DNA from: an uncultured Rhizobiaceae bacterium
GTDB lineage: Bacteria; Pseudomonadota; Alphaproteobacteria; Rhizobiales; Aestuariivirgaceae
Length of the DNA: 64,000 bases
Direction of reading: 5' to 3'
NCBI GenBank assembly: GCA_964430935.1
Contig: CAYSHK010000082.1
Location: forward strand, 9,979 to 73,978
In this document: piece after piece, positions 1-9,541 of the stretch
Numbering within the stretch: the stretch's first letter is position 1
Layout of the letters: the number at the start of each line of letters is the position of its first letter
The notes under the pieces: generated by a model
What the model was told of the DNA's origin: nothing
Databases searched by the model: none
The model's input: only the letters and a program-made list of their open reading frames with translations
Program-made: the position numbers and the translations under genes

Positions 1-96
1 TTGCGCCCTTCTCGCGCGGCCTTCGCTTCGGAATAGAAGAAGCGGACGTTGAGAACCGGACGACGTAAACAAACTGACTTGAAAGCAAGAGGGACC

Positions 97-1365
97 ATGG
101 CACAGGACGGACCGCACAGCCAGACGATCGCCGTCATAGGCGGCGGCATCGCAGGCGTCACCGCCGCGCTGGAAGCCGCCGAGACCGGCTATGACGTCAT
201 CCTGATCGAGAAGGAGCCGGCCCTGGGCGGCCGCGTTACCCGCCTCAATCGGTATTTCCCCAAGTTCTGCCACCCGACGTGCGGACTTGAGATCAACTAT
301 CAGCGCATCAAGAAGAATCCGCGGCTGAAGGTGCTGACCATGCATGAAGTGGTCGCGGTGGAGGGCGAAAAGGGGAACTACGTCATCAGGGCGAAGAAGC
401 TGCCCCGCTACGTCAACGAGAAATGCACCGCCTGCGGCGAGTGCGGCAAGGTCTGCGAGACCGAGATCGACGATCCCTACAACTACGGCCTGGGCAAGGT
501 GAAGGCCGCGCGCCTGCCGCACGAGCACGCCTTCCCGATGCGCTACGTGATCGACGCGGCGGTGAAGGGCACCGACGACGAGGGCCGCATCTCCGAGGCC
601 TGCAAGTACGGGGCGGTGGACTTCTCCGAGGAGGAGGAGGAGGTCGAGCTGAACGCCGGCGCCATCATCTGGGCCACCGGCTGGCGGCCCTACGACGCCT
701 CGAAGCTCGAGACCTACAGCTACACGCACTCCGCGGACATCATCAACAACGTGGAGATGGAGCGGCTGGCCAACCACGACGGCCCCACCGGCGGCAAGGT
801 GGTGCGCCCCTCCAACGGGGAGCCGGCCAAGAAGGTGGCCCTCATCCAGTGCGCCGGTTCGCGCGACGTGAACCACCTGCCCTACTGCTCCATGATCTGC
901 TGCCTGGCTTCCCTGAAGCATGCGGCCTACGTGCTGGAGCAGTACGAGGACGCGGAAGTGCACATGTACTACATAGACATCCGCGCCCACGACAAGATGC
1001 AGACCTTCTACGAGCGCATCAAGGTCGATCCGCGCATCAAGTTCATCAAGTCCAAGCCGGCCGAGATCCACGTCGGCGAGGACGGCCGTCCGATCGTGAA
1101 GGGCGAGCGGACCATCGACCGCGAACTCTACGAGGAGCCCTACGACCTGGTGGTGCTGGCCACGGGCATGGAGCCCGAGGCGAAGGGCATCTCCGCCTCC
1201 GGTGACGTGGTGATGGACGAAGACGGCTTCGTGCTCGCGGTCGAGAGCGAGGACGGCGGTCAGTTCTCCTGCGGCGTGGCGGCCGGGCCCTTCGACGTGG
1301 CGCTGTCCACGACCTCGGGCACGGCGGCGGCATTGAAGGCAATTCAGGCAGTGGGGGCCAGGTAA
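97..1365 (+). CDS. qmoA: QmoA-like HdrA-family FAD/Fe-S flavoprotein
   Basis: The track ORF 49..1365 starts at TTG. I prefer the ATG at 97, which is preceded by AAGAGG. It has an N-terminal Rossmann FAD motif (IGGGIAGVTAALEAAETGYDVILIEK) and a Cys cluster (CTACGECGKVC). It ends 5 nt before the qmoB-like gene. Confidence 0.8.
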   Translation: MAQDGPHSQTIAVIGGGIAGVTAALEAAETGYDVILIEKEPALGGRVTRLNRYFPKFCHPTCGLEINYQRIKKNPRLKVLTMHEVVAVEGEKGNYVIRAKKLPRYVNEKCTACGECGKVCETEIDDPYNYGLGKVKAARLPHEHAFPMRYVIDAAVKGTDDEGRISEACKYGAVDFSEEEEEVELNAGAIIWATGWRPYDASKLETYSYTHSADIINNVEMERLANHDGPTGGKVVRPSNGEPAKKVALIQCAGSRDVNHLPYCSMICCLASLKHAAYVLEQYEDAEVHMYYIDIRAHDKMQTFYERIKVDPRIKFIKSKPAEIHVGEDGRPIVKGERTIDRELYEEPYDLVVLATGMEPEAKGISASGDVVMDEDGFVLAVESEDGGQFSCGVAAGPFDVALSTTSGTAAALKAIQAVGAR

Positions 1366-1370
1366 GGACA

Positions 1371-3677
1371 ATGGCTGACAACAAGATTGGCATCTATCTC
1401 TGTGAGGGCTGCGGCATCGCCGACGCCATCAACATGGACGAGCTGGAGCAGACCGTCGCCAACGAGTTCGGCGTCGTCACCTGCAAGCGCCATGCGGCCT
1501 TCTGCTCCGACGAGGGACGCGCGGTCATCGAGAAGGACGTGAAGGACGGCGAGGCCAACAAGGTGGTGGTCGCCGCCTGCTCGCACCGCGTCATGACCGA
1601 CCGCTTCAACTTCGAGGGCGCCGTGACGGTGCGCGCCAACCTGCGCGAACAGGTCGCCTGGACGCAGCCGGCGGGCGAGGAGGACACCCAGATGTTCGCC
1701 GCCGACAACGTGCGGATGGGCATCGCGCAGGCCCGCAACTCGGAGAACCCGGAAGGGCACGAGAACGTCGTGAAATCCGAGAAGCTGCTGGTGGTGGGCG
1801 GCGGCATCGCCGGCCTGACGGCGGCCCTGGACGCGGCGAAGACGGGCCGCGAGGTCACCCTCGTGGAGAAGACCGACCAGCTGGGCGGCTGGACGCGCAA
1901 GTGGAGCAAGCTCATTCCCTCGCGTCCGCCCTACCGCGGTCTGGTGGACAACAACATCGAGGACGTCATCAAGGCGGTCGAGGAGAACGACAGGATCACC
2001 GTTCTGACCAACGCCCTCGTGACGAAGACCTCCGGCGAGCCGGGCGAGTTCAGCGTGACCATCAGCCATGGCGGCTCGGACACCGAGGACGTCTTCGGCG
2101 CCATCGTCGTGGCCACCGGCTGGCGCATGCCCGACGACATGACGCCCTACGAGAAGTACGGCCTCGGCAAGATCGACGGCGTGATGAGCGGCGTGGATTT
2201 CGAGGAGGTCCTGAAGAACGGCGTCGAGAAGGACGGCAAGAAGCTGGAGACCATCGCCATCGTCATCCCCTGCGAGAGCGAGCAGATGCCCTACACCTCC
2301 GGTGTGGCGGACCGCATCGCCATCAAGCAGGCGATCCAGGTGATGGACGCCAACCCCTCCGCCATGGTCTACGTCCTGCATGACAACCTCCGGGCCCACG
2401 GTCAGGCGGAGGAGCTCTACCGCGAGGCGCAGGACAAGGGCGTGGTCTTCATGAAGGCCATGGTGAAGTCGGCGGAGGCCGGCCCGACGCTGACCACGGA
2501 CGACCTGCTGCTCGGCCAGGAGGTCAAGCTGACGGGTCTGGACGCCGTGGTGGTGATGACCGGCATGATGCCGAACTCCACCAACCCCGACCTGCCGAAG
2601 GCTGACAAGGGCAACGAGTTCCTGTGCGACGACGTGAACCCGCGCGTGCCGATCACCGTCAACGGCGAGGAGGCCGGAGACGGCGACGCGGCCAAGGCGG
2701 AAGCCTCCGGCGACGAGGAGGGCGCGGGCGTCGCTCCGGCGGACTGCGATCCGGAGAACCCGCCGCTGCCGGGCGGCCCGCTGCTGAACCTGCAGTACCG
2801 CCAGGGCCCGCACATTCCGATCCTCTACAACGGGTTCATCGACTCGCACTACATCTGCTTCCCGTACGAGACGCGCCGCACGGGCATCTACGTCTGCGGC
2901 GCGGTCCGCAAGCCGATGACCACCACGGAGGCGAAGGAGGACGCCGCGGGCGCGGTCCTGAAGGGCGTCCAGGCCATCAACCTGGTGAAGGAGAGCCGCG
3001 CGACGCATCCGCGCACGGGCGATCTCTCCTACCCGAACTTCGGCCTGGACATCTGCACCAAGTGCCGCCGCTGTACGGTGGAGTGCCCGTTCGGCGCCAT
3101 CGACGAGAACGAGGAGGGCTATCCGCAGCTCAACCCGTCGCGCTGCCGCCGCTGCGGCACGTGCATGGGCGCCTGCCCGGTGCGCACCATCTCGTTCAAG
3201 AACTACTCGCCGAACATGATCACCGAAATGATCGAGGCCGTGGAGCAGCCGGATCCGTTCGACGAAAAACCGCGCATCATGGTTTTCGCCTGTGAGAACG
3301 ATGCCTATCCGGCGCTTGACATGGCGGGCATCAACAGGCGCGAAATCAACAAGTACATGCGCTTCATCCCGGTGCGCTGCCTCGGTTCGGTGACGCTCGT
3401 CTGGGTGTCCAACGCGCTGGAGAAGGGCTTCGACGGCGTGATGCTGATGGGCTGCAAGTCGGGCGACGACTACCAGTGCCACTTCGTGAAGGGTTCCGCC
3501 ATCGCGAAGGAACGCATCGGCAAGGTCGAGGAGACGCTGAAGAACCTCATGCTGGAGCCCGAGCGCGTCAGCTTCGAGGAGGTCTCCATCGCAGATTCGA
3601 AGCGTGTCGTCGAGCTCCTCGACAAGTTCGGCGAAGAGATCGAAGGCATCGGCCTCAATCCGTTCAAGGGGTTCTGA
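1371..3677 (+). CDS. qmoB: QmoB-like HdrA/MvhD fusion flavoprotein
   Basis: 768 aa. FAD motif VVGGGIAGLTAALDAAKTG. Two CxxCxxCxxxCP ferredoxin motifs (CTKCRRCTVECP, CRRCGTCMGACP). C-terminal MvhD-like segment (MVFACENDAYPALDMAG...VRCLG...GCKSGDDYQCHF). This is the QmoB architecture. Confidence 0.8.
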   Translation: MADNKIGIYLCEGCGIADAINMDELEQTVANEFGVVTCKRHAAFCSDEGRAVIEKDVKDGEANKVVVAACSHRVMTDRFNFEGAVTVRANLREQVAWTQPAGEEDTQMFAADNVRMGIAQARNSENPEGHENVVKSEKLLVVGGGIAGLTAALDAAKTGREVTLVEKTDQLGGWTRKWSKLIPSRPPYRGLVDNNIEDVIKAVEENDRITVLTNALVTKTSGEPGEFSVTISHGGSDTEDVFGAIVVATGWRMPDDMTPYEKYGLGKIDGVMSGVDFEEVLKNGVEKDGKKLETIAIVIPCESEQMPYTSGVADRIAIKQAIQVMDANPSAMVYVLHDNLRAHGQAEELYREAQDKGVVFMKAMVKSAEAGPTLTTDDLLLGQEVKLTGLDAVVVMTGMMPNSTNPDLPKADKGNEFLCDDVNPRVPITVNGEEAGDGDAAKAEASGDEEGAGVAPADCDPENPPLPGGPLLNLQYRQGPHIPILYNGFIDSHYICFPYETRRTGIYVCGAVRKPMTTTEAKEDAAGAVLKGVQAINLVKESRATHPRTGDLSYPNFGLDICTKCRRCTVECPFGAIDENEEGYPQLNPSRCRRCGTCMGACPVRTISFKNYSPNMITEMIEAVEQPDPFDEKPRIMVFACENDAYPALDMAGINRREINKYMRFIPVRCLGSVTLVWVSNALEKGFDGVMLMGCKSGDDYQCHFVKGSAIAKERIGKVEETLKNLMLEPERVSFEEVSIADSKRVVELLDKFGEEIEGIGLNPFKGF

Positions 3678-3681
3678 GATC

Positions 3682-4284
3682 ATGACAGCTGCCATACCGC
3701 AACCGTCCCGCACCTACGACCTGTCGTTCGCCCGCTGGGTGCGCGAGAACGTCAAGGGCGGCGACAAGATGAACCTGTGCATGCAGTGCGGCGTGTGCGC
3801 CGGCTCCTGTCCGATCGGCAACGAGATGGACAACGGGCCGCGCAAGACCTTCATGATGGTGCGCGCCGGCATGAAGGAGGAGGTCCTCTCCTCCTCCACC
3901 CTGTGGAACTGCACCTCCTGCTACCGCTGCTACGTGCGCTGCCCGCGCGGCATTCCGGTCACCTCCATCATCCAGGGACTGGCCGCCGTGGCCGCCAAGG
4001 AGGGCTACGCGCCCAAGCAGAAGGTGGAGAACTACTACTTCTCGAAGGCCTTCTGGTGGTCCGCGGAGAAGTTCGGCAAGACCGACGAGCGTCTCGTCAC
4101 GATGAAGTACTTCTTCTCCTTCGGCCTTTCGGAGGGCATCAAGAAGGCGCTCGACAACCTCAAGGTCGCGCTCGGCATGATCAAGGCCGGACGCATGCAC
4201 ATCGGCCTGCCGCACACCATCAAGAACAAGAGCCAGCTCAAGGCCATCGTGGCCAAGGCCAAGGAACTCGAGCAGAAGGGGTAA
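3682..4284 (+). CDS. hdrC: HdrC-like 2x[4Fe-4S] subunit (soluble)
   Basis: ATG at 3682 lies 4 nt after the qmoB stop; the track start at 3604 overlaps qmoB. Two ferredoxin motifs: CMQCGVCAGSCP and CTSCYRCYVRCP. No hydrophobic HdrE/QmoC-type membrane segment is visible. Confidence 0.8.
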   Translation: MTAAIPQPSRTYDLSFARWVRENVKGGDKMNLCMQCGVCAGSCPIGNEMDNGPRKTFMMVRAGMKEEVLSSSTLWNCTSCYRCYVRCPRGIPVTSIIQGLAAVAAKEGYAPKQKVENYYFSKAFWWSAEKFGKTDERLVTMKYFFSFGLSEGIKKALDNLKVALGMIKAGRMHIGLPHTIKNKSQLKAIVAKAKELEQKG

Positions 4285-4287
4285 GAC

Positions 4288-5199
4288 ATGAGCGAGAAGA
4301 TGAAGTTCACCTATTACCCGGGCTGCAGCTCCGAGGCCACCGGCCGGCATCTGGACGAGTCCACCAGGGCCGTCTTTCCCGAGCTGGGGATCGAGGTGCA
4401 GGACATCGAGGACTGGAACTGCTGCGGCGCCTCCATCGGCCACATCGGCGGCGGTCCGCTGCCGCAGCTGGCGCTGAACGCCCGCAATCTGGCCAACGCC
4501 AAGAAGAACGGCAACGAGCACGTCTTCACCTCCTGCGCCGCGTGCTATCTCAACACCCACGGGTCCAACCTGACCATCCGTGACGACGAGAAGAAGCGCG
4601 AACTGGCCAACGAGGCGCTGAAGGCCGGCGGCATGGACGGCTACGAGGGCGACCTGAAGGTGCACCACGCCATGGAGGTGCTGGTCAACTTCGTCGGCAT
4701 GGACAAGATCGCCGAGCGCGCCACCAACAAGCTCGAGGGCCTGAAGGTGGCCGGATGGGTGGGCTGCCAGACGGTCCGGCCCTTCGCCGAGACCGACGAT
4801 GGCGGCAACTACGACACCTACGAGGAGCCGCACTTCCTGGACGACATCACCAAGGCCTGCGGCGCCGAGGCGGTGGACTACGAGCCGAAGACCAACTGCT
4901 GCGGCGGTTCCGTGGCGGTGATGAAGCCGGAGAAGACGCTGCATCTGATGAAGCTGCTTCTCGAGGAGGCCGAAAAGGCCGGCGCGGACGTGATCTCCAC
5001 GCCCTGCCCGCTGTGCCAGACCAACCTCGAGATGTATCAGGAGGCCATCAACAAGAAGTACGGAACCAACTTCAACATTCCGGTGGTCTTCCCCCAGCAG
5101 CTGATGGCGGTCGCCTTCGGCATGGATCCGCAGAAGGACGCGGCACTGCACCGCAATACCATCCGCGCCGAAAAACTGGAGAAGATGGCCAAGAAATAG
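4288..5199 (+). CDS. hdrB: HdrB-like CCG-domain subunit
   Basis: Starts 3 nt after the hdrC stop. Two CCG-type cysteine motifs (YYPGCSSE...WNCCGAS and GWVGCQ...TNCCGGS...PCPLCQ), typical of heterodisulfide reductase B. Confidence 0.8.
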   Translation: MSEKMKFTYYPGCSSEATGRHLDESTRAVFPELGIEVQDIEDWNCCGASIGHIGGGPLPQLALNARNLANAKKNGNEHVFTSCAACYLNTHGSNLTIRDDEKKRELANEALKAGGMDGYEGDLKVHHAMEVLVNFVGMDKIAERATNKLEGLKVAGWVGCQTVRPFAETDDGGNYDTYEEPHFLDDITKACGAEAVDYEPKTNCCGGSVAVMKPEKTLHLMKLLLEEAEKAGADVISTPCPLCQTNLEMYQEAINKKYGTNFNIPVVFPQQLMAVAFGMDPQKDAALHRNTIRAEKLEKMAKK

Positions 5200-5220
5200 G
5201 CCGTCTCCCCATGGAACAGA

Positions 5221-5260
5221 AAAGCCCGCCCGCAGTCGTCTGCGCGGCGGGCTTTCCATT
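5221..5260 (+). terminator. Rho-independent terminator after hdrB
   Basis: GCCCGCCCGCAG-tcgt-CTGCGCGGCGGGC: a 12-bp GC stem with one bulged C, followed by TTTCCATTT. It begins 22 nt after the hdrB stop. Confidence 0.7.
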
Positions 5261-5469
5261 TGCCATCATGTTTTGTCAAGGTTACCATTGCCTTCCGGGG
5301 AAAATCCGGCATATATTGCAATTCGTGAATATATCCGGCCGAAATCGACGCGGCACCGGTGCGTGGAACCGGGCCGGATGGAAGGAAAGGCGGCACAAGG
5401 GGGGAGCCGCCCGCCCCGGAATTCCGAAAAAGCACAAACAACGGGAAAGAAAAAAGAGGGAGCCTTGGG

Positions 5470-5913
5470 ATGAAAGTCACCGAATTTCTGGAGAACCACC
5501 AGCATAAAATCGTTTCCTGCCGCCGCGCCGACACGCTTCAGGCCGCGGCTTCCCTGCTCTATTCGAACCGCATCGGCGCCATGCCGGTGGTGGACAGCGC
5601 GGGCAAGCTGGTGGGCATCCTCTCCGAGCGTGACATCGTCTCGGCCCTGTCCCAGCGTCCGCACGAAATCCTGAAGCTGCGCGTGCGGGACGTGATGTCC
5701 TCCCCGGCGGTCACCACCCAGTGCGAGGCGGACATGGACGAAGCCATGCGGCTGATGATGAGTCACAAATTCCGCCATCTGCCGGTGGTGGACGCGGAAG
5801 GCCGGCTGCGCGGCATGCTCTCCATCCGCGACTGCCTGGCCATGCAGCTGCGCGACAAGGAACTGGAAGCCAACGTGCTGCGCGACAGCTTCATCGCCGC
5901 CCGCTTCTCCTGA
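5470..5913 (+). CDS. Stand-alone CBS-pair domain protein
   Basis: ATG at 5470 is preceded by AGAGGGAG. Two CBS repeats are visible (IGAMPVVDSAGKLVGILSERDIV and FRHLPVVDAEGRLRGMLSIRD). Confidence 0.75.
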   Translation: MKVTEFLENHQHKIVSCRRADTLQAAASLLYSNRIGAMPVVDSAGKLVGILSERDIVSALSQRPHEILKLRVRDVMSSPAVTTQCEADMDEAMRLMMSHKFRHLPVVDAEGRLRGMLSIRDCLAMQLRDKELEANVLRDSFIAARFS

Positions 5914-6078
5914 GAACGACGGCGGAAGCTTCCGTCATCACATGCATGACCGGTTCTCCGCGGAACGTCCGGCGGTCGGGGCTGCCGCATGCGCGTTCCG
6001 CGGCATCGGGTCCGTCCGCTTCCGGGACGACGGCTCCCGGCTTCGCAGGGCATGATCTTCCACGCCGGGACGTCCGGA

Positions 6079-6315
6079 TCAATCCTCCGGCTCGAGCAGC
6101 CTGTGGATATGGACGATGAAATAGCGCATCTCGGCATCGTCGATGGTGGCGCGGGCCTTCTCCTCCCATGCCTTGTGGGCCTCCGCATAGCTGGGATAGA
6201 TCCCGACGATGTCCAGATCCGACGGATCCTGGAACTCCACTCCCTGAACGTCCTTCAGGCGTCCGCCGAAAACCAGATGCAGATACTGCTTCGATTCGTA
6301 GACATGATCGGTCAT
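6079..6315 (-). CDS. DUF4170-like small protein (78 aa)
   Basis: MTDHVYESKQYLHLVFGG...YFIVHIHRLLEPED. Its start makes an ATGA overlap with the upstream IMPase-family stop. The small-protein-plus-IMPase pairing is a common alphaproteobacterial arrangement (from memory). Confidence 0.65.
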   Translation of the reverse strand: MTDHVYESKQYLHLVFGGRLKDVQGVEFQDPSDLDIVGIYPSYAEAHKAWEEKARATIDDAEMRYFIVHIHRLLEPED

Positions 6316-7142
6316 TGCCTGCGTTCCCCTCGCGGATGATGCCGGTGCCGCCCATGGCCCCGGTAGTCCCTCAAGTATTCCATGATCTGCGCATGGAGCG
6401 CCGGATTGGCGGCCACCACGCCGAACGGCCGCGTCTCCCGGCGATTGTAGACGATCGTTTCTCCATGCGCATCCGTGACGATCCCTCCGGCCTCGCGCAC
6501 GATGAGGTCGCCGGCGGCCACGTCCCAGTCGCACTTGCACCCCGGCGCGAGCATTCCATCAGCCTCGGCCGAGGCGACGTGCGCCAGCCGCAGCGCCAGG
6601 GACGGCAGCTTCGTGACCGTCACCTCGGGCCAGGGCCTGCCCCACATGCGCCTGTCGTATATGGAGCGGGGACCGATGATGCGCGCGCCTTCCAGCGTGC
6701 GGGCATCTCCGACCCGGATCGACCGCCCGTCGAGCGTCGCCCCACGCCCCGCCATGGCCGCCCACGTCCGGCCGCGCGCCGGAGCGTGGATGATTCCGAT
6801 CACGGGCCGGCCGTCCTCCACGAGGGCCAGGGAAACGCACCAGTCGGGATCGCCGCGCAGAAATCCGCTGGTGCCGTCCACGGGATCCAGCACCCACACG
6901 CGCCGGCGGGAAAGACGCTCCTCGCCGTCCGCGGTCTCCTCGGAAAGCCAGCCGTATTCCGGCCGGGCCGCGCGGAGCATGTCCCGCAGCGCCCCGTCCA
7001 CCGCCAGGTCCGCTTCGGACACCGGACTGCGGTCGGCCTTCCTGTGCCATTCCGGGTGATGCCCGAAATATCCCATGGCGATGCGGCCCGCCTCGAGGAC
7101 GGCTTCCATGGCCAGCCGGAAATCCGCGTCATCTCCCGGCAA
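6312..7142 (-). CDS. Inositol monophosphatase / 3'(2'),5'-bisphosphate nucleotidase (CysQ-like) family protein
   Basis: Metal-binding motifs EE(T)..., WVLDPVDGTSGF and WDVAAG. An alternative start at 7109 would remove the 14-nt overlap with pmbA. Confidence 0.8.
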   Translation of the reverse strand: MPGDDADFRLAMEAVLEAGRIAMGYFGHHPEWHRKADRSPVSEADLAVDGALRDMLRAARPEYGWLSEETADGEERLSRRRVWVLDPVDGTSGFLRGDPDWCVSLALVEDGRPVIGIIHAPARGRTWAAMAGRGATLDGRSIRVGDARTLEGARIIGPRSIYDRRMWGRPWPEVTVTKLPSLALRLAHVASAEADGMLAPGCKCDWDVAAGDLIVREAGGIVTDAHGETIVYNRRETRPFGVVAANPALHAQIMEYLRDYRGHGRHRHHPRGERRQ

Positions 7143-8487
7143 TGGTCATGCCCTCCACCAGCAGGGTGGGCGCGCTGTGGCCGCTGCGGAATTCCAGATC
7201 GTCAGCCGGCGTTACATGCAGGAACATGTCGCGCAGATTGCCCGCGATGGTCACCTCGCTGACGGGGTGGACGATCTCGCCGTTCTCGATCCAGAACCCG
7301 GAAGCGCCGCGCGAGTAGTCGCCGGTCACCTCGTTGACCCCCATGCCGATGAGCTCCGTCACCAGCAGTCCGCGCTTCACCGAGCCCATGAGATCCCGGG
7401 GCGAGGCCGAGCCCGCGGCGATGTGGAAATTGGTGGCCGCCGGAGCCGGGGGCGACGCCAGACGGCGCGAGGCGCGCGCGTTGCTCTTCAGACCGAGCTG
7501 CCGGGCGGATGCCAGATCCAGAATCCATGCCCGGAGAATTCCGTCGGAGACGACCTCGAGCCTTTCCGGAAGCAGCCCCTCGCCGTCGAACGGTTTGGAG
7601 GCCGGTCCACGGAGCATGTGGGGATCGTCCATGACATGGACGCCCTCCGGGAGGATGCGGCTGTCCATGCAGTCCTTGAGGAAGCTGGCGCCGCGGGCGA
7701 TGCTGCGCCCGTTGACGGCCGAGGCCAGATGCCCGGCCAGGGAACCGGCGATGCGCCGTTCGAAGATGACGGGGGCGCCGGTCATGGATTCCGGCTTGCG
7801 GGGGTTCAGCCTGCGCACGGTGCGCTCCCCCGCCTCGCGCCCCACCTCCTCCGGATCCTTCAGATCCGAAAGATGGGACTTCATGTCGTATTCGTAGTCG
7901 CGCTGCATCTCCGTCCCCTCGCCGGCGATGACGGCCGCGGAGACGCCGTATCCGGTGCGGCCGTAGCCGCCGCAGAAACCGTTGCTGACGGCAAGGTAGA
8001 CGAAACTGCGGGACGCGGAGGCACCGGCTCCGGCCGATTTCGTGACGCCCGGCACGGCCAAGGCCGCCGCTTCGCAGGCCAGCGCCATCTCCTCCAACCG
8101 CTTCCCGTCGATGGAGAAATCGTCCATGAGATCGAGATCCGGCCAGTCGCGGGCGATCTCCTCGGGCTCCGCAGGCCCGGCATAGGGATCCTCCGGTGCC
8201 GCCTTCGCCATGGCCACGGCCCGCTCCGCCGCTTCGTCCATGTCGGCCCGGGCGGGATCCCCGAGGGAAACCACGGCCTGCCGCCTGCCGACCATGACCC
8301 GCAGGCCGAGGGAGGCGCCGTCGGAGCGCTCCAGATGTTCCAGCGCCCCTTCCCGCACCTCGATCTCCACGCTCTCGCCGCCGGTGATCAGGACATCCGC
8401 GGCATCGGCACCAGCGCGGCTGGCCGCCTTCATCGCACGGGCCGCCATGTGCTGGAATTCCTGCATCAGCTTTCCGGTGTCGGTCAT
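7129..8487 (-). CDS. pmbA: TldD/PmbA-family metalloprotease (PmbA/TldE-like)
   Basis: 452 aa with typical family length and N-terminus (ADAADVLITGGESVEIEVREGALE...). Conserved C-terminal region GDYSRGASGFWIENGEI. Confidence 0.8.
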   Translation of the reverse strand: MTDTGKLMQEFQHMAARAMKAASRAGADAADVLITGGESVEIEVREGALEHLERSDGASLGLRVMVGRRQAVVSLGDPARADMDEAAERAVAMAKAAPEDPYAGPAEPEEIARDWPDLDLMDDFSIDGKRLEEMALACEAAALAVPGVTKSAGAGASASRSFVYLAVSNGFCGGYGRTGYGVSAAVIAGEGTEMQRDYEYDMKSHLSDLKDPEEVGREAGERTVRRLNPRKPESMTGAPVIFERRIAGSLAGHLASAVNGRSIARGASFLKDCMDSRILPEGVHVMDDPHMLRGPASKPFDGEGLLPERLEVVSDGILRAWILDLASARQLGLKSNARASRRLASPPAPAATNFHIAAGSASPRDLMGSVKRGLLVTELIGMGVNEVTGDYSRGASGFWIENGEIVHPVSEVTIAGNLRDMFLHVTPADDLEFRSGHSAPTLLVEGMTIAGR

Positions 8488-8512
8488 GTCCGTGGGTATC
8501 CCGTCTTCGGTT

Positions 8513-9463
8513 TCAGAAAATCGCGTCCAGTACCGCCCCGGCGAAAATCAGCAGGCCGAAATCGCGGTTCGCACGGAACAGCCTGAGGCAGGTGGAAGGG
8601 TCGTGGATGTCCAGCAGGCGCAGCTGCCACAGCCCGTGCAGGGCCGCGGCGGCGACGCCCAGATAGTAGATCGGCCCGGCACCGGCCAGCCAGCCGGCCA
8701 GCGCGAACAGCCCGATGGCGAGGGTCAGGAACACCGCCAGCCACTGCGGCGTCCTTTCACCCAGCCGCAGGGCCGTGGACTTCACGCCGACCAGAAGGTC
8801 GTCCTCCCGGTCCTGATGGGCGTAGATGGTGTCGTAGGAGAGCGTCCAGAAGATCCCTCCCGCATACAGGGCGAGCGCCGGCCACTCCACCGCGCCACGC
8901 GCGGCCGCCCAGCCAAGAACGGCTCCCCAGTTGAAGGCGAGGCCCAGAAAGACCTGCGGCCAGTAGGTGTAGCGCTTCATATGGGGATAGACCAGCACCA
9001 GACCGAGGGAGGCGATGCCCAGAAGGATCGCCTCGCGGTTCAGCTGCAGAAGCACCACGAGTCCGACCAGCGCCAGCCCGCCCAGGAAGATCCATGCCTG
9101 CCGCAGACCGACCTGGCCGGACGGCAGAGGCCGGAAACGCGTGCGTTCCACGCGGGCGTCCAGATCCCGGTCCACGATGTCGTTGTACACGCAGCCGGCA
9201 CCGCGCATGACCACCGCTCCGACGAGAAACAGCGCCAGCAGCTTCAGGTCCGGCATGCGCCGCCCCGAAGCCACGGCGGCCAGGGCGATGGCCCACCAGC
9301 CCGGCAGCAGAAGCAGCCACCAGCCGATGGGACGCTCCAGGCGCATCAGACGCGCATAGGGCCGCGCGCCCGCGGGCAGCAGCCGCTCGCTCCAGTGATC
9401 GGGCAGCGCGTCCGCGACACGCATGTCCGCCTTGTTTTCCGGTTGTGCTTCAGGCCGTGTCAT
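8513..9463 (-). CDS. ubiA: 4-hydroxybenzoate polyprenyltransferase
   Basis: Multi-TM protein carrying the UbiA-family motif NDIVDRDLDARVERTRFRPLPSG. Confidence 0.85.
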   Translation of the reverse strand: MTRPEAQPENKADMRVADALPDHWSERLLPAGARPYARLMRLERPIGWWLLLLPGWWAIALAAVASGRRMPDLKLLALFLVGAVVMRGAGCVYNDIVDRDLDARVERTRFRPLPSGQVGLRQAWIFLGGLALVGLVVLLQLNREAILLGIASLGLVLVYPHMKRYTYWPQVFLGLAFNWGAVLGWAAARGAVEWPALALYAGGIFWTLSYDTIYAHQDREDDLLVGVKSTALRLGERTPQWLAVFLTLAIGLFALAGWLAGAGPIYYLGVAAAALHGLWQLRLLDIHDPSTCLRLFRANRDFGLLIFAGAVLDAIF

Positions 9464-9541
9464 ACTGCCGTTTCATTAGCGCGATTGCCTGCCCCGCGCA
9501 ATTGCGTTGCGCGTCGCGGCGGGGCGCATTATGTCTGCCCC

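Noticed and set aside
1344-3713. 789-aa ORF antisense to qmoB, plus the overlapping ORFs 423..1205, 1901..2383 and 2624..3295.
   Set aside because: It is extremely Arg/Ala/Gly/His/Leu-rich, with no recognisable motif or RBS, and it overlaps a gene with clear conserved motifs on the other strand. This is a classic high-GC antisense or alternative-frame artefact.
97-5199. Interpretation of the Hdr-like genes as the sulfur-oxidising sHdr (hdrC1B1A-hyp-hdrC2B2 plus lbpA) system.
   Set aside because: The gene order and content do not fit. There are two HdrA-like flavoproteins, one with an MvhD domain, and only one HdrC/HdrB pair. There is no lipoate-binding protein or lipoate-maturation gene in view. 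The QmoAB-type architecture fits better.
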